The notes under the pieces: generated by a model
What the model was told of the DNA's origin: nothing
Seen by the model: only the letters and a program-made list of their open reading frames with translations
The model's database searches: none
Assembly: GCA_964016885.1 (NCBI GenBank)
Contig: OZ024743.1
Coordinates: 51,336,001-51,400,000 of the forward strand
Length of the DNA: 64,000 nt
Source: Eledone cirrhosa
Lineage: Eukaryota
Direction of reading: 5' to 3'
Translations under genes and position numbers: made by a program
In this document: piece after piece, positions 24,474-36,844 of the stretch
Numbering within the stretch: position 1 is the first letter of the stretch
Layout: each line of letters starts with the position of its first letter

Positions 24474-24558
24474 CTGAAACACCTATTCTTAGACGCATCT
24501 GTGCTCGTTGAATTTTGATGGCTTCTGAAGCTTTTAGCTGTTTGATGACCTCTAGTGC
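24474..24558 (-). CDS. SBDS: SBDS exon 4
   Basis: ALEVIKQLKASEAIKIQRAQMRLRIGVS(G); 85 nt, phase-1 donor G|gtgtgt. Confidence 0.93.
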
Positions 24559-24967
24559 CTACAATAGTAAAATACTGATTAACTTTTAATATCCTGTAAT
24601 GATTTAGTAGAAAATATCTAAAAACAAATTTGTTAATTCAAATGTTTATAGTATTTTTACTAAAGAACAGATCATTGTGAAAATTTGTAGTATTAGAGTA
24701 AAGATTTTAATTCTTAATGTGATACAATCATAGTGATATTTTGTACTTTTTAAGAATGTCTTGCATATGTGATTTTATGAGGTTTGTTAATTCAAAAGTT
24801 TATAGTACCTTTACTAGTAGAGAAATCATAGTAAAAATTTGCAGTATTAGTGTAAAAATGTTAATTTTTAATGTGATTAAGTCATAGTGCTATTTTGTGC
24901 TTTTCAAGAATGTATTGTTAATGTGGTTTCATGTAGTACAGGAGGTTAATAGTTAACAAAAAATTAC

Positions 24968-25168
24968 CTGCTGTTTACTGCTCTTGTTTGGTTTCACTGA
25001 AATGTGTAGATCTTTCATGGCTTTCTCTATCAATGTTACAGGGAATGGTCGGTTGTTCTCGAGGTTGACACATTTGTCAGCAACAACTGTTGCAATATCT
25101 CGATACATAGATTCTAACTGAGATTGTCTCTCTTTCTCTGACACCTGCTGTTCCCCTTTTGCTAAAAT
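24968..25168 (-). CDS. SBDS: SBDS exon 3
   Basis: [35 protein letters not shown]...KPNKSSKQQ; ag/gt boundaries; 201 nt. Confidence 0.96.
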
Positions 25169-25670
25169 CTGACAGCAAATACAAATAAAAAACAGACAGT
25201 AGGAAAGTGAATATCGTGAAAGATATAAAAAAAATTCAAGGAAGAAAATTATGAGAAAAATGTAATATATCATCATGGCTCATGTTAGATCATGGTGCCA
25301 TGATAAAATGCACCCAGTACACTCTGTAAAGTTGCAGCATTGTTGCCACAATAAAATACTCACAGTACACCTTGTAAAGTGCTAGTACTGATGCCATGGT
25401 AAAATACACTCAGTAAACTTTAAAAGTAGTAATGTTAGCTTTGAAACTAAAGCAATTTCAGTGTAGAAGAGTCATTTTAGCCATTTAAAAGCAACAATTT
25501 CATTGAACTGAGTACAAGCTGGTCAATGACACAGTTCTGCAATTTACAAACATTGCTTTGTTATAATTCCTTAAAGAAAACAAATATTACTTTTCTTTCC
25601 ATAAAACAAAAGGTTAATAAAAGAAAGCCAAACCAAAGGTGAGGCGACAGTAAGATTAGGGAAGGTCTAC

Positions 25671-25800
25671 CTGGAGACAGATTTCATCTTGATTGTCGGT
25701 ACCAAAACATTTCTTCAGATCTTCAGCCTTAGCGACCTGACCTTTTGAAACATTCATGAACACAGCATGTGTCTGAAGAACTTCATCAATGTCTTTCTCT
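25671..25800 (-). CDS. SBDS: SBDS exon 2
   Basis: [43 protein letters not shown]; ttctag acceptor, CAG|gtagac donor; 130 nt; phase matches exon 1. Confidence 0.96.
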
Positions 25801-25997
25801 CTAGAAACAGATAAATCATTGCTTCAAGCATAAATTGACAGCAGCAATATACAAGCTATATGAATGTGTGTGTGTGTATCCACTTATTATTGACAAACGC
25901 AAGAATGAGCATTCAATACCATTTGTAGAGATAAAAAGCATTGTCTGAAGAACCTGTAATGCGCAGATGAAACTCAGGCTACTGGCTCAACCTTAAG

Positions 25998-26054
<57 letters not shown>

Positions 26055-26106
26055 ATACATATATGTATATATATAATATATTATATATATATATATATGT
26101 GTGTGA

Positions 26107-26164
<58 letters not shown>

Positions 26165-27099
26165 ATCTATATGTGTGTATATATATATATATATATAATA
26201 TATATATATATATGTATATGAGTCCCTATCATTCCACTGCAAAAAGCACCCATATATGTATATATATATATAACGTTAGTAGACATGATCAACAAAGCAC
26301 AAATAAGTTGAAGGAAAAATTTAGCATAAAGGGAATCAACTTAATGTGCAAAAGAGATGATTGCATTGGTGTGGGCACATGATGTGTATGGATAATGAAT
26401 ACTGGGTGAAGTGGCAGGAGATTCAAGTAGGAAGAGGCTGCAGTAGAGGAAAACCTGGGCAGATATGATGAGAGCAGATCTCTGAATGCTGAAGCACACA
26501 CATAGGAAATGATGAAGGAATGCAACAAGTGGAGGAAAGTTATGCTGAAGAATACTCATCCAACCCAAGAGAGCATGGAAAGGTAACATAAAAATGATGA
26601 ATAATAATTGTTTCTACTTTTGGTACAAGGCCAACAATTATTCCAGTGTATTACTGGTACTTTATTTTATCGACCCCGTAAGGATGAAAGGCAAAGTTAA
26701 CCTCGGCGGGATTTGAACTCAGACCATAAAGGGCCGTAACTCTTTGCTGCAAAGCATGGCGTCCAACCCTCTACCGATACTGCCAATATGAATAATAATT
26801 GTTTCTACTTTTGGCACAAGGCCAGCAATTAATTCAGTGCATTACTGGTACTTTATTTTATCGACCCCATAAGGATGAAAGGCAAAGTTAACCTCGATGA
26901 ATAATAATGATATTGAATGATAATAGATATACATTTGTGAAAACAAACAGGAGAAAAAGTAGAGAATACATATAGTTAAGTTTTTAGGGATTTCTTTTTT
27001 TTGATTTTACATAAGGAAGGGTAGCAACTATGATCCATTTCAGGAAGTAGATTATCAACATACTAGAGAACTAATAAGTTCTTAACACGGTGTGCCCTG

Positions 27100-27680
27100 C
27101 TAAAGACATCCTGTGTCAATGGAGTTCCACTGAAGTAGGTAGAGAAGTTCAAGTATCTCGGGGCCGTGTTCACAAGTGATGGAAGACAGGAGGCTGAATT
27201 AAGTGCAAGAATTGCAGGTGCTAGTGCAGTAATGTGCCAGCTTCAGCACTCGATAATCAGAAGGGAGGTTGGTGTAAAAGCCAAACTCGCTGTCTTCAAT
27301 TCGGTATTCATGCCAATTCTTACCAATGGTCACGAATCTTGTGTAATGACTGAAAGAATGCGATTGTAAATAGAAGTGACCGAAATGGGGTTTCTTCCGA
27401 AGAGTGTAGCTCGGACATCAGATTCGTTTTAAGTAGAGCTGCTACTTCTCCAAATTGAGAGATCACACCTCTGATACTACAGACATGTGGTTAGAATATC
27501 TAAGGAAAGAATCGCTGGACAGATTATATGGTCAAAACCACCGGCAGTAGACCCCAAGCAAGATGGTTGGATAACATCCATGAGCTCTGTTGGTCTCACT
27601 TGGGGATTCAACCTGATCAATTGGTGACAGGACCTACAGGAAAGCCCCCACGACCCTCCCAGGAATAAGTGGATGAAGAA
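27100..27680 (+). mobile_element. RTE-like LINE fragment, second family (SBDS intron 1)
   Basis: VEKFKYLGAVFTSDG...ARIAGASAV..KAKLAVFNSVFMPILT; sister copy at 29480-30070. Confidence 0.8.
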
Positions 27681-28506
27681 GAAAAGGTTGGAACATAACA
27701 TTTTCTTGCATAAAATTATGATGAAATGTTTCACTCTAAATATAAACATTCCAAAACAAAACTATTTTTTAATCATAGAATCAGATGCGGATTTGGTATA
27801 AAAAATGTTTAAAATATAGTATTTTTAATATAAATTTAGACAAGTTAGAATTGTGATAGAGCACACCTACAACCAAAAATGACTCAGCCGTCAGTATCAT
27901 GTCATAATTTAAGGATGAAAGTGCCTAGGACTAATGTATCCTTTCTTTTTTTAAGACAGCAGAATGTAACTTGAGATTTGGCTGCTATTTCTAACAGGAC
28001 AAGTGACAACGTTGAATTCCCACATTCAAATGTATAGTGTAACTGTGACTCAATCAGTTCAAGCGTACCACGTTGACCCAGCTTGACAAACTATTTTTTA
28101 CATATAAACGCAATTATTATAACAAATATGGTTTTCATAAGAAACAAATCACATGCACACTCAATTCTACACAAGGAATGTTGACATTGCATTCTAAAAA
28201 GTTTCGAGGCAAGCCAAGACACTCATGGCATTACCGCTGGTGATAGCAGGGCTGAGATTGCCAAGCATCATCACCTGACAATTCAATAAAGCCGAGTGAT
28301 AGCGAGGCTAAGGCGTTGAAATAACCAAGCACCTTCACCGAGTAAAAGTTAGTGATACTTCATTAAAGCGGGCTATAAAAGACAAAAATCTCGTTGTCAG
28401 CGACCAGGTTTCCTCTAAGAACGTCACAAATACCACTGGCTGAAAAATGTAGATCGCCGATAAATCCCGATATATTTTTAGTAATTTATTAGTGACATCC
28501 ACTCAC

Positions 28507-28634
28507 ACTTTGTTGCGCCACGAGATGACTTTATTCGGATAACAGGCGATTTCGAATCGCTTCCCTCCTTTTTTCAAACGTACAACAGCAACATTGGTCA
28601 ATCGCTTTTGGTTGGTAGGTGTAAATATCGACAT
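28507..28634 (-). CDS. SBDS: SBDS/SDO1 ribosome maturation factor, coding exon 1
   Basis: [42 protein letters not shown] matches the conserved SBDS N-terminus; 128 nt, donor GT|gtgagt. Confidence 0.97.
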
Positions 28635-28744
28635 TTCTGCGTAAATTAAGTCAAATTGGTTTGAAATAATACAAAACAGTAGTTTTCTCTTCCTCAAAAC
28701 TTTTAATTAATCAAGTTTCTATTTAACTCTCTTAAGTATGAGAG

Positions 28745-28820
28745 TTCTACTTCCGTTTGTGCACACGCACAGCTCCCAACACTTTATGTAGTTTCTCGAT
28801 CTTCTTCAAATGGTAGCCAA
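28745..28820 (-). promoter_or_regulatory. Putative SBDS core promoter (ETS-type CGGAAGT, YY1-like AAATGGTAGCC)
   Basis: ACTTCCG at 28749-28755 about 115 nt upstream of the ATG, typical of housekeeping promoters. Confidence 0.4.
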
Positions 28821-28884
28821 ATTTCAGTCTCCCGTCTATAAAGGGGAAATAAACGGCTCTTGACATAAAACTGTTATGGTATTA

Positions 28885-29425
28885 TTATAGAAAACCACCC
28901 CTCTCGATTTCAGTGGGAAATAATTTTTTTTTTTTTTCGTGTCCCATCAACTAATCTGACCCCCGAACATGCTGCAAGTACTTCTTTTCCTGGAAAACTA
29001 AGGTGGAGTGGAGCTTTTTCGTGTGTTATATTATTTTTTAGTTAACTGTACCCCACGACAAATGTCGGAAGGTGTTAGAAATTGCAGGTGTTAGGTTTAG
29101 TTTTAGGGGTTAGGCTTAGGGTTTGGTTTAGTGGTTATGATTAGTACTCGTGTTAGGGGGTAGGGCTAGGGTTAGAAAAAAAAAAAAAATCCCCACTAAA
29201 CGTTTCAGACTGGTTTCGTGGTCGGATTCGAAAAATGTTTTAAAATGGTACTGAAAACCACAGGGTGGGGTATCCGAGGGCCACCTTTCGTTTTTTGGGG
29301 GAAAAAGTCAAATGCGGCATGTTCGAGGGTCAGATTAGTTGATAGCACAAGAATGTGTGTGTATGGAGGGGGGGGGGGGGATATAATTATTACTCACCGA
29401 AATCGGGAGGGGTGTTTTTCTATAA
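28885..29425. mobile_element. MITE-like element with ~100-bp imperfect TIRs and internal degenerate TTAGGG tract
   Basis: ttatagaaaaccacccctctcgatttcagtg..atcaactaatctgacccccgaacatgctgca versus tgcggcatgttcgagggtcagattagttgat..caccgaaatcgggaggggtgtttttctataa. Confidence 0.8.
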
Positions 29426-29479
29426 ATTTACCACTCTTTCAAGGTGTTTATATTTATCTAAAAAGCTTCTACTCGTCCT

Positions 29480-30070
29480 CTCAAGGAAGGCTGCGCAGTT
29501 CACTTTACATGTGAACGGAGTTCCACTGAAGTAGGTAGAGAAGTTCAAGTATCTCGGGGCCGTGTTCACGAGTGATGGGAGGCAGGAGGTGGAATTAAGG
29601 GCAAGAATTGCAGGTGCTAGTGCAGTAATGCACCAGCTTAAGCATTTGGTAATCAGAAGGAAGATTGGTGTATAAGCCAAACTCTCTATCTTCAATTAGG
29701 TATTTGTGCCAATCCTTACCTATGATCATGAATCTAGGGTAATGACCGAAAGAATACGATCGCGAATACAAGCAGCTGAAATTGGTTTCTTCCGAAGGGT
29801 CTTTGGAGTAACGTTACTCGATAGAGTGCTTAGCTCAGAGATCACAGAGTCTTCTCTGAATTGAGAGATCACAACTTAGATACTATGGACATGTGGTTAG
29901 AATGTCTCTGGAAAGAATTGCTGGACAGATTTTACGGGCAAAACCAACTGGTAGGAGACCCAGGGGTAGATCCCCAGCAAAATGGTTGGCTTGTTTCGCA
30001 GACGGTTGCTGCTGACAGGACCCGCTGGAAGGAGTGTTTGAGGACTGTCCCAAAGACCCTCTCAGGTAGA
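29480..30070 (+). mobile_element. RTE-like LINE fragment
   Basis: Strong similarity to 27100-27680. Confidence 0.8.
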
Positions 30071-30479
30071 AGAAGAAGCTTCCATAATTTTGTTATTTCA
30101 AAGTGAAGTGAGGCCTAGCGGTTAGGGTGTTGGACTTACAATCATAATGCCGTGGGTTCGATTCCTGGACTATAACATAACAAATATGTTTTAAATATAT
30201 ACCATTACAAATGCTTAGACATTATAAATAGCTCGCGATTCTTTCAGAAAGATATATTCTTTTAATGTTACAATATTAAAGAAAATGTAAAGGAAGGGAT
30301 GAACAACGGAGCCAACATCAGAGCAAAAGACATCAGCATCGCGAGGCCACAGTTGTACACTTACTTAGTTGAAATAGAGGCTTTCTCAGTGGCTCGTTGA
30401 AGGCTGTAGTGGTGGTGTTAATAACACGAAGGCAATTTCGGATGACATTTAAATTTTCCATTTATTTATGAAAAGATGT

Positions 30480-30745
30480 GTGATGCTCCTGCTGTGGGTG
30501 CTTGGCTATTTCAGCATTTTGACTCGCCATCATATGGTCTTACTGAAGTATCAGGTGATGCTGCTTGGCTATTCCTGCGACTTAGTCTCGCAGTCACCCG
30601 ACCTTACTAAAGTATCAAGTGATGTTCCTGGTTATAGTGCTTGGCTATTGCAGTACCTTAGTAGTCTATTACCTGGCTTTACTGAAGTATCACCTGATAC
30701 TGATGAGTGTGCTTGGCTATTTCAGTATCTCCGCCACTCTATCAC
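30480..30745. repeat. Degenerate ~60-75-bp tandem repeat (about 4 units)
   Basis: Recurrent gtgcttggctatt(t/g)cag and ttactgaagtatca. Confidence 0.7.
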
Positions 30746-31165
30746 CAACTGTTGGCTTCCAATATATAAATTGTGATCATATCTACATATTGGGATTCCC
30801 AAAGAAAAGTTGTCTTTTGATAAAATTTAATAAGTATTTGTTAAACGTATTTTTATATGAATAAATTCTCTTTCGGGTAAATGTTGAGCCTAAAGCTAAG
30901 TATGAATAGTAGAATCTACTTTTGAATAATTTAGCAACGAGAGCACACGATTATTACGTCATTTGAGTCTCCAGCTAAAGTTTATGACGAATTCTATAAT
31001 GTGGAGACATAAATATGTATTAGTTTCTGTAAATAACATGGAATTAGAAAGAAACAACCATCAATTTCTCTTAATTCTCCATTGAAAACTGGATTTTATT
31101 CAAACGGCAGAATTTATTCGTTTTTTGTCTCCTGCCTAAATCTCCATAACTTCCTTTCGTGAAAA

Positions 31166-32107
31166 ATGATTGACTCGAACTCAACTTTCTCATTTAATCC
31201 AGGGATCTTTTCCGAAATAATTCCTTTGGTTATTTTGCTCTCTTTTGCAATTCCTGTTGGAATTTTTGGCAATGCTTTCGTTATATTCATTTATTCAACC
31301 TGTAACAAAAAATCAAATATTGAAGGGTTCCTTGTGACATTGGCCAGTATTAATTTGATCGGCTGCATTGTTGGAATGCCGCTCGGCATGATCGAACTTC
31401 GTATAATGACCACCTATCCTTCTAGAAACGCCTGCAAATTATACAAGTTAATTATCTTCTATTGCTTCATAACAACTTCGCTCATTCTTCTCGTCATATC
31501 GATGGAAAGATACAGCCAAAAATGTCGCTCGCGGAAGAAACAATTATCACATGTGGACAACAAAATAATTAGTTTATTGATAATATCTTTGTCAATGCTG
31601 CCCTCTCTACCGATAACTTATTACGCAGATATTTTCGCATTCAATAACGGCACTACCGAGTTCGCTGTCTGCATGTATAATGTTCTCTGGCCGTCTGTCT
31701 GGGTATACATGTTAATTCTATTGGTGTTCCACGTAATTGTATTAGTGGTTGTCACTGCACTTATTATTTATGTTCACTTTTACTTGGAACACCACAAAGT
31801 CTCGAAAATTTCAAACAGCGTGGAACAAGGAAACTTAGAGGAAGAGAAGACTGAAACATGCACGATATTGATTCTCCTTATATTGTTATACATTATAGGT
31901 TTTTCAGGGCACTTCGTTTTAAGTGTGACTTACCCTTCTCTACAAAACTCCACCAAGCTAAATATCACAGCCATGATTCTCGAACGTCTATGGTGGGTGA
32001 GTTGTTCTTTAAACCCTATTATTTGTGGATTCTCCTCTCGAAAGTTCAGAAAAAATTTCACTCATGTTGTTACTGATTCTCTGATTAAGATCGTCACAAA
32101 AAAATGA
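31166..32107 (+). CDS. Intronless rhodopsin-family (class A) orphan GPCR, 313 aa
   Basis: Seven hydrophobic segments; N-terminal NST sequon; TM1 GN; TM2 LAxxNL; TM3 C...ISMERY; ECL2 Cys; TM7 LNPIIC; helix-8 SRKFRKNF; AATAAA at ~32134. Confidence 0.9.
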   Translation: MIDSNSTFSFNPGIFSEIIPLVILLSFAIPVGIFGNAFVIFIYSTCNKKSNIEGFLVTLASINLIGCIVGMPLGMIELRIMTTYPSRNACKLYKLIIFYCFITTSLILLVISMERYSQKCRSRKKQLSHVDNKIISLLIISLSMLPSLPITYYADIFAFNNGTTEFAVCMYNVLWPSVWVYMLILLVFHVIVLVVVTALIIYVHFYLEHHKVSKISNSVEQGNLEEEKTETCTILILLILLYIIGFSGHFVLSVTYPSLQNSTKLNITAMILERLWWVSCSLNPIICGFSSRKFRKNFTHVVTDSLIKIVTKK

Positions 32108-33394
32108 TGTATTGTAAAATGCACAGCGGGATAAATAAAAATGTCTCCTGAGCGGCATTTTTGAAAGACTTTCCAAGTTACCCAAGGATACACAGAGAGG
32201 AAGAGAGAGACAAAACTAACAGTTCAGTTTTCGTTTTAGGCATTGAACCAATTTGTTGCCTTTTTATGCTTAGATGATTTATCATAAACATCATTTTTTG
32301 ATTATACATCGTTAGCAACACTAGCAAAATGAACTCTGGATGAGAAATACTTCTTTAGAGGTATGATTAATTTGTTATAAAAACACCAACCACAATAACA
32401 CCTTTCGTAATAGAACAGAATATGATATAATTAACTACACAATCTTTGGCTAAAGGTATAGCCAAGTTTAACAACAACTAATGTTAAACTATGAAGGTAT
32501 TTTACATCGTTTGTGGGCAGCTTCCGGAGTTAAATTAGCAATTAAATACTGGAGATCGATAAAATTGACTTTCACCTCCCCACAAATTACAGACGTTGTG
32601 CCTAGATTAGAAACAATTATTATTATAATTATTACTATTGTTGTTGAGAGAATCTAGGATATGAGTGAGTTTGAAAAATGAAGAGAAACAGCGTAGAAAA
32701 TATTTTGAAGATTTGTAAAACTAATTAAATAACTTTTTTCTATTCATATCGCTGTTTTTTAATTGTAAAATATATATATATTTACATTATATAGTATTAT
32801 TAAAGGTGTTGGATTTACAGAATTATGGAACGATTATACAAAAATTATTAGTTCTACTAGCAGAAAAACCATCCTCGGGTGGTTTTCTGCTTGCATGTGT
32901 AGTGTGTATATTGATATTATACGCAAGTATATATACATGTAGATATGATACATCAAATAAAATCGTATTTGACAATATACACAGAAATTGAATGAAGACG
33001 TTGTTACACTGTCTTATGTAATCAGTAACGTAATCCATGATACATTAAAAAAGACGATATTATATATAAACTGCATTAGGAAAAATTAGTGACGGAAATA
33101 TATGAATGTTTATTTAAGCGATCGCTAACTGGAAGTATTGACATTTGAAAATTTTAAAGAAGTGAATCTTAAAATAAGCAACAAAATTATTTATATCTAA
33201 TAAAAATAACGAAATTTAGTAGATAAATTATGTAATATTAATTTATTATTTATTCAAAGTAATTCAACTTATTTTACAAACGGGATAAAAAAAACAACAT
33301 ATTATTATAGTTTAGATATTAAATAACATTACAAATGGGAGCGAAAATATAAACACATATGATATATACAAAGCATATAAATAAATTTACACTA

Positions 33395-33960
33395 GAATAA
33401 CATAACAAATATGTTTTAATAAATACATAAATAACATTACAAATGCTTAGACATCATTATAAATTGCTCGCGATTCTTTCAGAAGGATATATTCCTTTAA
33501 TGTTGCAATATTAAAGAAAATATAAAGGAAGGGGTGGACAACGGAGCCACCAGAGCAAAAGACAGCAGCGAGGAGTACTGGGCAACCTCTCTGATTTTTT
33601 AGGCAAGCCAACACACTCGCAGTGTTACCTTGCGTGATGGCGAGACTGAGGTGCTGGAACAACCAAGCGCTCTCACGAGATTTGCCAGTTACCTCTATTA
33701 GGCGAGGCTGAGGTGCTGGAACAACCAAGTGCCCTCGCGAGATTCACCAGTTACCTCAACAAGGTGAGGCTGAGGTGCTGGAACAACCAAGTGCCCTCGC
33801 GAGATTCACCAGTTACCTCAACAAGGTGAGGCTGAGGTGCTGGAACAACCAAACGCCTTCGTGAGATTCACCAGTTACCTCTATTAGGCGAGCCGCCAGT
33901 GAAGAGAGGAACTTCGCAGTCAGCAGTCCAACTCCCCCAAACCTCTTGAAAGCCACAGGC
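33395..33960 (-). mobile_element. CRE-like 3' end with internal 62-bp x4 tandem amplification; another 3'UTR copy at 30170-30345
   Basis: WLFQHLSLAITQGNTASVLACLKN, nearly identical to 3602-3784; gaggtgctggaacaacc at 33648, 33710, 33772, 33834. Confidence 0.85.
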
Positions 33961-35734
33961 TAGAGCATCAAACATTTAGTTATGACCCTTTACATTCTAA
34001 GTTTGAATCTGGCGAACTTAGAATACCAGAAATTTCTGGCCTTGTGCCTAAATTAGAAAATATGATTCTGGTGGTGCATTAGACATGTCTTGTAGTAGTA
34101 GTAAATTATGTCTCTTTAGATTCTGAGTTCATATCACATAGTTAACCTTCTATCCTTCAGGTCAGTATAATTGACTATACCACTGCTGACCTTGTGCCTA
34201 AATTAGAAATCGTTTTTATTATTAAACCCACGCACATATACACACACTCTATGTTTTCGTCCTGTACTGTCATAATGTTTTTCTTGATGTGGACCCTTTG
34301 TGGTTAATAAAGAAATCATCATCATTATTATTTTGGCAGTATCAGTAGCGGGTCGGACGCCATGCTTTGCAGCAAAGAGTTATGCCCCTTTATGGTCTGA
34401 GTTCAAATCCTGCCGAGGTTAACTTTGCCTTTCATCCTTATGGGGTCGATAAAATAAAGTACCAGTAATACACTGAGATAATTGCTGGCCTTGTGCCAAA
34501 AGTAGAAACAATTATTATTATTATTAGGGTGACAATTGGCAGAACCAGTTAAGTGTTGGAAAAAAATGATTTGCAGTATTTAGTTCAAACCAGAAATCAA
34601 CTAAATAAAGTACTAATCAAATAGTGGGGTCGATTTAACCAAGTAAACCCTCCTCCCAAATTTGTGATTTGAGCATTATATGATTGAGTAGGAGATGAGC
34701 CAACAAAAACATGGAAGCAACAGAGAGGCCATCTAGATGGCTATAGCTGAAGAGAAGTGGCTTTTGGGGGTTAGTAGTATGTAACTTGGATACAGGCTGA
34801 GGCTAGATCTACCTCAGGTCACCTGGAAGAGGATGTATATTGTAAGACCAGAAACAGCCAGTGACTCCAGGATACAATACTGATGATGTGGCCAACAATT
34901 TATATCTGTAGATAAGATAGTTCAAAGCATCCCATCTAACTATTAAACAATTCTGAAAATCCATTATCCTTGGACTGATACTTTATTTATCAACCCTGAA
35001 AGGACGAAGAACAAAGTTGACTTTAGTGGGATTTGAACTCAGTGCACAGGGAACTAAAACAAATGCTGAAGCATTTGACCTGACAACAATAAAATTATGT
35101 AAGAACGAAAGCATCTCAAAATTAATCTATTTATTTAATATAAAATATGTATATATTTAATATATATGTAAGGTGGTAGTGCTGGTGCCACGATAAAAAG
35201 GACCCAGTCCAACCTGTGAGGTTGTCACGATAAAAGGCTCCCAGTACATACTGTAAAGTGACTGGCACTAAGAAGAGGATGCCACTGTAGAAACCAAGCC
35301 CAAACTGGAACATACAAGATGGGTTCATCTGACCAGGTTAGCCTCCGTACATTACAACCAGTGATGATGATGATGATAAACAGGCTGTTTATAAATTCCT
35401 TGTAAAACAATAACTTTCAATGTACACCTGACAGCAATATAGGATCAACTGCAGATACAAGCTTTATTTATGTATTTTATACTCTATATATTTCATGCCC
35501 TACACTATATATTTTATGTACTACACTATATATAGTTTATGTACTATTCTATACACTACAGCATATATTTTATCCTTCACATTAAATATTCTATACAGCA
35601 CACTATATGTATTTTATACATAGCTGGGGGCTTAACCCTGCAATGGACTGGCGTCCTGTCCAGGGAGAAGTTTTGTACTCTCAGTCACTTCATGTCTGAG
35701 AAACTGGAATATGCACCAGCCTGATGAGCCACTG

Positions 35735-36244
35735 GGTTCAAGACAAACTTTAGACTTAGTCATATGTAGTTTACAGTGGCTCAAGACAGACTTTAGACTT
35801 AGTCATATGTAGTTTACAATGGCTCAAGACATACTTTAGACTTAGTCATGTGTAGTTTACAGTGGCTCAAGACATACTTTAGACTTAGTCATATGTAGTT
35901 TACAGTGGCTCAAGACATACTTTAGACTTAGTCATGTGTAGTTTACAGTGGCTCAAGACATACTTTAGACTTAGTCATATGTAGTTTACAGTGGCTCAAG
36001 ACAGACTTTAGATTTAGTCATATGTAGTTTACAGTGGCTCAAGACAGACTTTAGACTTAGTCATATGTAGTTTACAGTGGCTCAAGACATACTTTAGACT
36101 TAGTCATGTGTAGTTTACAGTGGCTCAAGACATACTTTAGACTTAGTCATATGTAGTTTACAATGGCTCAAGACAGACTTAGTCATATGTAGTTTACAGT
36201 GGCTCAAGACAAACTTTATACTTAGTCATATGTAGTTTACAGTG
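35735..36244. repeat. 43-bp minisatellite, ~12 copies, just downstream of the DPH1 stop
   Basis: gctcaagacagactttagacttagtcatatgtagtttacagtg unit. Confidence 0.95.
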
Positions 36245-36345
36245 TATTTCTATCACGTTTACATAAGACTTTATAAACACCTTGTATATCACTATTGACA
36301 TCATCATCATTTTACATCTGCTTTAATATGCTTAGATAATATAAA

Positions 36346-36528
36346 TTAACCAGTACATTGACAATCTGGTTCACATTGGATTTTAATTGGGGTTCGTGGT
36401 CGATTTCTCACAGTACGTATTGGTCGATTCTTCTCATTATTAACTGTCCATGGACCAAGACTGTCATTAGCATAAAAATCCATTGGATACTGATCCTGCC
36501 ATGATATTTCTTTTAAAGCCACTGACAT
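36346..36528 (-). CDS. DPH1: DPH1 terminal coding exon
   Basis: [30 protein letters not shown]...* with the conserved YPMDFY...LGPWT; ttttacag acceptor. Confidence 0.93.
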   Translation of the reverse strand: MSVALKEISWQDQYPMDFYANDSLGPWTVNNEKNRPIRTVRNRPRTPIKIQCEPDCQCTG

Positions 36529-36806
36529 CTGTAAAAAAAACAAAACATTTTTTAATCAGCATTATATTGTGGTTTAGAGCATCACAAAAATAATAAAAAT
36601 ATATATTCAAAATGGGAAAAATCTTAACTAAAATTCAAAATATAAAGTGTTGATAACTATGGCTTCATTTATTGAATAAAAAAGAGTTTAATTTTTTGTA
36701 GCTTAAATTATGTATAGTTTTAGGTGTTCAATAGTTATTTTATCAATCACCTTTTTATTGAAGCATTAGGTTACATGGTATAAACACAGATTCACACATG
36801 CATCTA

Positions 36807-36844
<38 letters not shown>

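Noticed and set aside
22820-28506. Intronic snoRNAs in SBDS
   Set aside because: No convincingly spaced C/D box pair with terminal stem seen by eye; a covariance-model search would be needed
28635-28697. N-terminal extension of SBDS in the ORF track
   Set aside because: Starts at a non-ATG codon; the conserved start is MSIFTP at 28634
29089-29175. Chromosome end or fusion scar
   Set aside because: Short, degenerate and enclosed within TIRs
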